From positions 27,822 through 91,821 of the forward strand of contig JAKARS010000001.1 in the NCBI GenBank assembly GCA_021828375.1: a stretch of 64,000 nucleotides of DNA. Reading direction: 5' to 3'. This document shows, piece after piece, positions 58,497 through 64,000 of this stretch (its first letter is position 1; each line of letters begins with the position of its first letter). A model generated the notes under the pieces. It was not told the origin of the DNA. It ran no database searches and saw only the letters and a program-made list of their open reading frames with translations. The translations under genes were made by a program, and so were the position numbers. Source of the stretch: Nitrospirota bacterium (lineage in GTDB: Bacteria > Nitrospirota > Leptospirillia > Leptospirillales > Leptospirillaceae).

Positions 58497-59465
58497 ATGG
58501 AAGTTCTTGTGTCTTCCCAGATGCCTAAAGGCTTGGCAGTATCCCATTTCTCTTCTCGTTCCTCCCGTGTTGTGGTGGAACCGTTTGAGCGTGGTTTTGG
58601 GATTACGGTTGGGAATGCCCTCCGGAGAGTTCTACTTTCTTCAATTCCAGGAGTTGCCATTACTGCAATTCGTGCCAAAAATGTTTTTCATGAATTTTCA
58701 AATATTCCAGGTGTTGTCGAAGATGTCACTGATATTATTTTAAATCTTAAATCCCTTCGCATGAAGCCTCTTCTCCAGGGAGAACACTGGCTTCATTTGA
58801 AAGTGAAGGGGCCCCGTATCGTAAAAGCCTCAGATATAGACACAGTTGGTGCTGTCGAAATGATGGACCCAGATCATGTTATTGCTACCCTTGAAGAAGG
58901 TGGCCACCTTGATATGGATCTGAAAACCGAATTCGGAAGAGGTTATGTTCCAGCCGATCATTCACGATCTTCAGATACTGAAGTTGGTATTATTCCGATC
59001 GATGCGATTTTTACTCCTATCAACAAAGTTAATTATTTTGTAGAGAGTACCCGCGTCGGACGTATAACAGATTATGACCGGCTTATTTTTGAAATTGAGA
59101 CTGATGGAAGCATCACTCCAGGGGAGGCTCTTTCTGAAGCCGCAAAGATTCTTCGGACCCATCTAGATCTTTTTGTTTCATCCGATTTGCACTTAGCGAA
59201 TGACTCTTCTCCCTTGTCTCTCGAGTCAAACTCCTCGAAAGAAGAGACTATTATGGACAAGAGCGTCAACGAATTAGAGCTCTCTGTCAGGGCCGCCAAT
59301 TGCCTTAAAAGTTCTGATATTAAGAAAATTGGTGAGTTGGTTATGAGAACTGAAGATGAGCTTTTGCAAACAAAAAACTTTGGAAAAAAATCTTTAGATG
59401 AAATCAAAGAGGCTCTTGAAAACATAGGGCTTTCTCTTGGGATGGATCTTTCGAAGAAGAATTAA
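58497..59465 (+). CDS. rpoA: DNA-directed RNA polymerase alpha subunit
   Basis: GAGGAG RBS then ATG 58497. [25 protein letters not shown], plus a C-terminal domain ([13 protein letters not shown]...FGKKSLDEI). Confidence 0.96.
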   Translation: MEVLVSSQMPKGLAVSHFSSRSSRVVVEPFERGFGITVGNALRRVLLSSIPGVAITAIRAKNVFHEFSNIPGVVEDVTDIILNLKSLRMKPLLQGEHWLHLKVKGPRIVKASDIDTVGAVEMMDPDHVIATLEEGGHLDMDLKTEFGRGYVPADHSRSSDTEVGIIPIDAIFTPINKVNYFVESTRVGRITDYDRLIFEIETDGSITPGEALSEAAKILRTHLDLFVSSDLHLANDSSPLSLESNSSKEETIMDKSVNELELSVRAANCLKSSDIKKIGELVMRTEDELLQTKNFGKKSLDEIKEALENIGLSLGMDLSKKN

Positions 59466-59498
59466 TAAAGACTTACAGGCAGCATCTGGAGAACAACA

Positions 59499-59921
59499 AT
59501 GAGACATCGTGTAGCCGGTCGTCAGTTTGGAAGAGATTCTAGCCACAGAAATGCTATGTTTCGCTCCTTGATAACATCATTCTTCGAGCATGAGCGTATC
59601 GAGACAACTACTATGAAGGCCAAGGAACTCCGGCCAATGGTTGAAAAACTTATTACAAAAGCTCGAGAAAAAAATGTTCATCACCTCCGTGAAGTCTTAA
59701 AGGTTATCCGTGACAAAGATGTAGCATTTCATCTTTTTGATAGTATTGCTCCTCGCTTCACAACACGTCCTGGTGGTTACACACGTATTACCAAGACACG
59801 TCGTCGTATCGGTGATGGAGCCGAAATGGCAGTCCTTGAGCTGGTGGAACTGGGTGAATCTCTTTCTTCAAAACGAATGACATCTTCTTCTCCCAAGGAA
59901 AAATCCGAAGAAAAGAAGTAA
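59499..59921 (+). CDS. rplQ: 50S ribosomal protein L17
   Basis: MRHRVAGRQFGRDSSHRNAMFRSL. Confidence 0.96.
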   Translation: MRHRVAGRQFGRDSSHRNAMFRSLITSFFEHERIETTTMKAKELRPMVEKLITKAREKNVHHLREVLKVIRDKDVAFHLFDSIAPRFTTRPGGYTRITKTRRRIGDGAEMAVLELVELGESLSSKRMTSSSPKEKSEEKK

Positions 59922-59939
59922 CTTTTCAAAGGAATTTCC

Positions 59940-60374
59940 ATGGCATCTCCATCTGAACAAAAAGTAAAAATTACTACTCCCCTTCTTCTTTCTATTGGGA
60001 CCCTCATTCTTGTTTTGGGGGTCCTTCTTATTGTAAGACATTCATTGACTAATCAGAACCTTCTATATTCTCGTCAAGCATTTATTCTTGATGCCCGAGG
60101 ATTGTCACCCGCTAAAATTCATGAGATCTCTGTTGATGATAATTATCAACTGCGTGGCTCTGAACTATGGTATTTGGGAAAAAATATCTTTGAGTTTCAT
60201 GCTCCGCCAACAATTAGGCTCATTCTTATTAAGAATAGTGCTCATGAGAACCAGGGCAAGATGGAGAGTGTTACTATCGCTCCCCATTATGTTCGTTATC
60301 GCTTTGTTCTTCCTTTTAAACCGCCAATCACTGTTGTAACTAATGGCGGTACTTTTCTTTTTAGGCTTCCTTAA
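59940..60374 (+). CDS. Hypothetical membrane-anchored protein, last gene before the terminator
   Basis: 144 aa with one N-terminal TM helix (LLLSIGTLILVLGVLLIV). No recognisable motif. It starts 18 nt after rplQ. Confidence 0.45.
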   Translation: MASPSEQKVKITTPLLLSIGTLILVLGVLLIVRHSLTNQNLLYSRQAFILDARGLSPAKIHEISVDDNYQLRGSELWYLGKNIFEFHAPPTIRLILIKNSAHENQGKMESVTIAPHYVRYRFVLPFKPPITVVTNGGTFLFRLP

Positions 60375-60392
60375 TTTTTACTTATTTGAACC

Positions 60393-60430
60393 AAAAAAGG
60401 CGAGGATTTTTTTCCTCGCCTTTTTTATTT
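60393..60430. terminator. Bidirectional Rho-independent terminator between convergent genes
   Basis: aaaaaaGGCGAGGA-ttttt-TCCTCGCCtttttt: a perfect GC-rich stem flanked by an A-run and a T-run. Confidence 0.85.
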
Positions 60431-60456
60431 GTAAATATTAGATTTTGTTTTTTACT

Positions 60457-60870
60457 TTATTCGGTAACTCCACCATCCCAAGAATCCTCACGCCCGACAT
60501 AGGTTGGGTGAATGAGGTCTCGAATTGATATTAGCCCAAGGACAGCTTCCTCTTCATCCACAACGAGGAGGTGACGAATGTGGTGCTTATCCATCATGTC
60601 TTGTGCTTCGTAAACTGAAGCATCGGGAGAAATGGTTAATACCGGTGCACTCATGACCTGAGAGCACGGGGTGATATAAGGGATTCGATCCTCTCCCAGC
60701 ACCCGCCGGACTAGATCAGTCTCTGTAATGATCCCAACAGTCTTGTCTCCCTGAAGAACAAGGAGGCTTCCTACTTTTTTTGATTTCATGATTTCAGCAA
60801 CTTCACGTGCTGTGGTCGACATCTCAACAGAGATAGGATTCTTTGTCATGATTTTTTTTACTGAGACCAT
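60457..60870 (-). CDS. CBS-domain pair protein
   Basis: 137 aa with two CBS motifs (IMTKNPISVEMSTT..., VMSAPVLTISPDAS...HHIRHLLVVD). Confidence 0.85.
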   Translation of the reverse strand: MVSVKKIMTKNPISVEMSTTAREVAEIMKSKKVGSLLVLQGDKTVGIITETDLVRRVLGEDRIPYITPCSQVMSAPVLTISPDASVYEAQDMMDKHHIRHLLVVDEEEAVLGLISIRDLIHPTYVGREDSWDGGVTE

Positions 60871-60916
60871 TTTTTCTCCTTCTGGTTATTTGTTGTTTTT
60901 TGAGTTTTGCCTGTTT

Positions 60917-62299
60917 CTACCCAGGTACCCTTTGTGTTGGTTTTTCATTGAAAAAAGTAAACATTCCTTTGCTGGCAATATCCGGGCCCTTAATTGTCCA
61001 AATGCCCTGATCAATTGTCAGTGCGGCCACAGCTATTGTTGGACTTTCATTTGAAGCCGTTCCTATGAACCATTCATAATGACCTGCAGGGTTCTTTCCG
61101 GTAAGAGTCCCTGTCTTTCCTGCAACAAGGACATTCCTGAGTCGTGGGTTGGATCTCCATCGGAAGAATGCCCGACGTCCTGTTCCTTTGACAACAGTCG
61201 ACCGCATCATTTTAATCATGGTGTGCGATATTTGAGGAGTTGCCACAGGAAAAAGATAGGTTGCTGTATCCTGATACAGTATATTTCCTTTTCTGTCTGT
61301 AATCTTCTCTATAAGATGGGGCCTCATCATCACCCCATCATTTGATAGGGATGCTGCTATCATTGCCGCATGGATGGGGCTAATGGCAACATCTCCGAAT
61401 CCTGCCGAAGCAAAAGCAAACCCGTTGAGATCATCTGGTATGTTGGCGTGGCTTGGATCAATGGGAATGTCTGAGTCAATTGTGCGATTAAAGCCATAGC
61501 GAGTAGCAGTTTGTCTCAGATCTTCGGGGGTTAGATATTTTAATGCAATTTTTGCAAAAACTGTATTGATAGACTTTCCTAGAGCTTCAGCAACTGTGAA
61601 CTCAAGGCGGTCTCGTCTACGATTGCTCTTCCAATAGGCAGGGCCAATACAATACAAGCATCCGCGAAAGTGAATGCGAGTATTGGGTGTAATTCTGTGA
61701 TGAGAGAGAGCATCTGTTGATGTAATAATCTTGAATAGGGACGCGGCTGGATAGGTTGCCTTTTCCAATAGCTCGGGGGTAAAGCTTTTATAACGTGACC
61801 CCCAGAAAGCGATCAGTCGACCATTTTTTGGGTTTGCGGCTACAAATACCCCATAAGGAACTCTATGGGCTTGAATGTATTTCCCAATCCGTTCTTGAAG
61901 ATTCGGATCCACTGTCCAAACGACTGTGTATCCTCCATCAAGATGTGTGACATACCTTCCCTTTTCAATCGTAGAAAAGTGGGGAAGGAATCCGTCTATG
62001 AGAGCAGGGTTTTTTCCGTCAAGGCGGATGACAGGGACTTTGTCTTTCGTGAGGAAGGAAGGGTCTTCATCGAATAAGCTTGGAAAGGAGACGTTAATAC
62101 CTTTTGCTGCATTTAATCCTGAAAATGTGGAGGTTGGGTCGTTAGACGCTGCCTTGGCATCTTTGCTGAACATGTTCGATGTCTTATCAATGGTCAGACG
62201 AAGGGATTTGACCGCTTCCGGGAGATGGTAGAGGGCTGCTGAAAGGAGCAGCAGAATAAAAACCCGGTTCAGTAACGCCCGTGATATGGGGTCAGGCAT
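60917..62299 (-). CDS. Penicillin-binding protein, transpeptidase-domain family (membrane-anchored)
   Basis: N-terminal TM helix; SxxK (ASLFK), SxN (KSINT) and KTG (AGKTGT) motifs in the canonical order. Confidence 0.8.
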   Translation of the reverse strand: MPDPISRALLNRVFILLLLSAALYHLPEAVKSLRLTIDKTSNMFSKDAKAASNDPTSTFSGLNAAKGINVSFPSLFDEDPSFLTKDKVPVIRLDGKNPALIDGFLPHFSTIEKGRYVTHLDGGYTVVWTVDPNLQERIGKYIQAHRVPYGVFVAANPKNGRLIAFWGSRYKSFTPELLEKATYPAASLFKIITSTDALSHHRITPNTRIHFRGCLYCIGPAYWKSNRRRDRLEFTVAEALGKSINTVFAKIALKYLTPEDLRQTATRYGFNRTIDSDIPIDPSHANIPDDLNGFAFASAGFGDVAISPIHAAMIAASLSNDGVMMRPHLIEKITDRKGNILYQDTATYLFPVATPQISHTMIKMMRSTVVKGTGRRAFFRWRSNPRLRNVLVAGKTGTLTGKNPAGHYEWFIGTASNESPTIAVAALTIDQGIWTIKGPDIASKGMFTFFNEKPTQRVPG

Positions 62300-62593
62300 T
62301 CTCTACCTCAATCGGAATAGAAAAGACTCTTATTAGACGAGAGCCTTCAATCCTGAACTTCCCTTGACTCCTGAGCATGAGAGACGGCTTATGGTCTTGG
62401 TTTCTACCGAAGTCATGCCCAAGCAGATCGCATATCCTGTAGGAAATTATACGGGGATTATTTGTAAAATCAAGTAATTTGGTCCCAAACTCGCACTTAT
62501 GCTTTTTTTCTCCTAGAGCCGGGCCGCTCTCAATTTTCTGTTCTTATTAAGTGCCTTGAGGCAATGAGAGTTGTCTTAGGAATAATCCTCCTC

Positions 62594-64000
62594 TTAGGGT
62601 TTTAATGTCATGGATCGGAGAACCTCGAGGACCTTAAGAAATGATGTGACGGACCAAGCCTGTATTCTGCATGAAGTAGGGTAGGGGAGAGGACCTGATG
62701 TCGTATTGTCCTTAGAAAACCCACAATACAGCTCGGGTGGTCGTTCTCCAGGAAAGAGCGCCAGGGCTGATAGATAGGCATCAGTCAATCGCTTTGCCTC
62801 AGCCATTAGCCTATATCTTTTCAGTCCATCGATGATCAATGCATTGTCGTGAGGCCAGACAGACCCATTATGGTAAGAGACAGGGTTGTAACGGACTTCA
62901 TTACTTCCTATTGTTCTGATGCCATACCCTGAAAACATGTCCGGTTGCAGGAGTTCCTTCCCTGTTTTTCTGGCAAGTGAGTTTTTTGCAATGCCAGTAA
63001 AAAGAAGATGACCTGCATTTGAGCTACGGACTTCACAGGGGAAACCTTTTCCGTCAATGGCAAGGGCAAACATACGAATGGAAGGGCTCCAGAAGAGGTC
63101 ATTAAAATTGTTCTTTAGAGTTGTTGCTTTCCGGAGGTAGCTTTTGGCCTTCTTGGTGTCTCCCCAATCTGAGAGGAGGGCGGCGTATCCGATGTAGGAC
63201 ATATACAAGTATCCCTGAACTTCGGAAAGCGCAATCGGATGAGGGGCAATTCGACCATCGGCGTGAAAAATGGAATCTCCGGAATCCTTCCATCCCTTTT
63301 GGATGAGTCCACCCTCTTGATCCCCCGAATAAACGAGAAAACCGGAGTCTGGATTGATGCCGAAATTTTCAATCCATTCCATGGCATGGTGGAGGGCCGG
63401 GCGAATTTTTAAAAGGAAAGATCGGTTTCCGGTTTTTTGAAGATATTCAGCCGCAAGTGCGATGAATAATGGGGTTGAGTCGACGGACCCATAATAGCAG
63501 GAAAAAGGAATTGAGGGATCATTGGCAACCTCCCCGTATCGATATTCATGAAGAATCTTGCCGGGTTGGGCATCTCTGAGGGAATCATGTCTTGTTGCCT
63601 GATTCTTTGCGAGAAAGGCCAAGATGGATCGTGATAGCTCTGGGTAGGCCCATAAAGTAAAGAAACCTGTGATCAGAGCATCTCGTCCAAAAGGTGTTGA
63701 AAACCAGGGAACCCCCGCATAAGGGTAGGGACCGGTCGCCTGGGGGGTCAACAATATTCTGAGATCTTGCAGCGCATTGTTACACCAGCGACCTAATGGA
63801 AGTTGATCGCTGGCAATTTTAGGCCACTTGCTTCTGAAAACCCGGTCTTCTTTTTGGTCAAGACGTTCAAGGTGGCTGAGTTTTTCTGGCGTATTTCGTT
63901 TCAGTGCGGGACGATCAGTATTGTTCCCCTCAACAAATAGAGATGAAATTTGAAAGGTCGCTGCTCCCTTGGCAGGGATAGGAAGATTGCCCTCAAATCC
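62594..64000 (-). CDS. Amylo-alpha-1,6-glucosidase / glycogen-debranching-enzyme family protein (5'-truncated by the window end)
   Basis: GVPWFSTPFGRDALITG... is typical of the GDE_C/(alpha/alpha)6 glucosidase family. I translated the minus-strand frame codon by codon from 63755 to 64000 and found no stop, so the gene continues beyond the window. Confidence 0.8.
   Translation of the reverse strand, partial: GFEGNLPIPAKGAATFQISSLFVEGNNTDRPALKRNTPEKLSHLERLDQKEDRVFRSKWPKIASDQLPLGRWCNNALQDLRILLTPQATGPYPYAGVPWFSTPFGRDALITGFFTLWAYPELSRSILAFLAKNQATRHDSLRDAQPGKILHEYRYGEVANDPSIPFSCYYGSVDSTPLFIALAAEYLQKTGNRSFLLKIRPALHHAMEWIENFGINPDSGFLVYSGDQEGGLIQKGWKDSGDSIFHADGRIAPHPIALSEVQGYLYMSYIGYAALLSDWGDTKKAKSYLRKATTLKNNFNDLFWSPSIRMFALAIDGKGFPCEVRSSNAGHLLFTGIAKNSLARKTGKELLQPDMFSGYGIRTIGSNEVRYNPVSYHNGSVWPHDNALIIDGLKRYRLMAEAKRLTDAYLSALALFPGERPPELYCGFSKDNTTSGPLPYPTSCRIQAWSVTSFLKVLEVLRSMTLKP

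Noticed and set aside
1-64000. CRISPR arrays, IS elements, rRNA genes, toxin-antitoxin pairs and restriction-modification or other defence systems.
   Set aside because: Reading both strands showed no spaced direct-repeat array, no transposase-like or integrase-like ORF, no rRNA-like sequence, and no small paired ORFs with toxin/antitoxin features.

Overview
The window is bacterial chromosomal DNA made up almost entirely of housekeeping genes. I recognised no transposase, integrase, CRISPR array, rRNA or defence system.

Left part (nt 1-24,000, about 50-63% GC in sampled lines), in order:
- a 5'-truncated membrane/polysaccharide-modifying fusion protein
- an Slp-like lipoprotein with a Met-rich tail
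- a YbgC-type thioesterase, then tRNA-Val
- D-lactate dehydrogenase, a sirtuin (minus strand), a SAM methyltransferase and a photolyase
- a Cyc2/Cyt572-type fused monoheme cytochrome-porin, which is a candidate Fe(II) oxidase and suggests a Leptospirillum/Nitrospirota-like iron oxidiser (inference only)
- tRNA-Asp, then tolQ-tolR-tolA-tolB-cpoB with no pal
- mutL, miaA, an MTA phosphorylase, a PfkB kinase, a TPR lipoprotein, rodZ and a PEGA lipoprotein

Right part (nt 24,000-64,000, about 35-47% GC):
- tRNA-Thr, a 12% GC spacer, and a sensor-less sigma-54 activator
- a consensus promoter followed by tRNA-Tyr/Gly/Thr
- one co-directional translation/transcription gene array of about 34 kb: tuf-rpmG-tRNA-Trp-secE-nusG-rplKAJL-rpoBC-rpsLG-fusA-tuf, then the S10, spc and alpha clusters
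- a bidirectional terminator
- three minus-strand genes: a CBS-domain protein, a PBP transpeptidase, and a glycogen-debranching-type glucosidase that runs off the window end

Main oddities:
- A strong compositional mosaic runs across the window.
- Two apparently identical 1.2 kb tuf copies form GC-rich, G3-codon islands inside the AT-rich ribosomal block.
- The EF-Tu they encode carries a CxCx4CxxC insert.
- rpoB (1729 aa) and rpoC (1574 aa) are very large because of lineage-type insertions.
- The usually contiguous Thr-Tyr-Gly-Thr tRNA set upstream of tuf (as in E. coli thrU-tyrU-glyT-thrT-tufB) is interrupted by the sigma-54 activator gene.

I found no clear novel multi-gene system.
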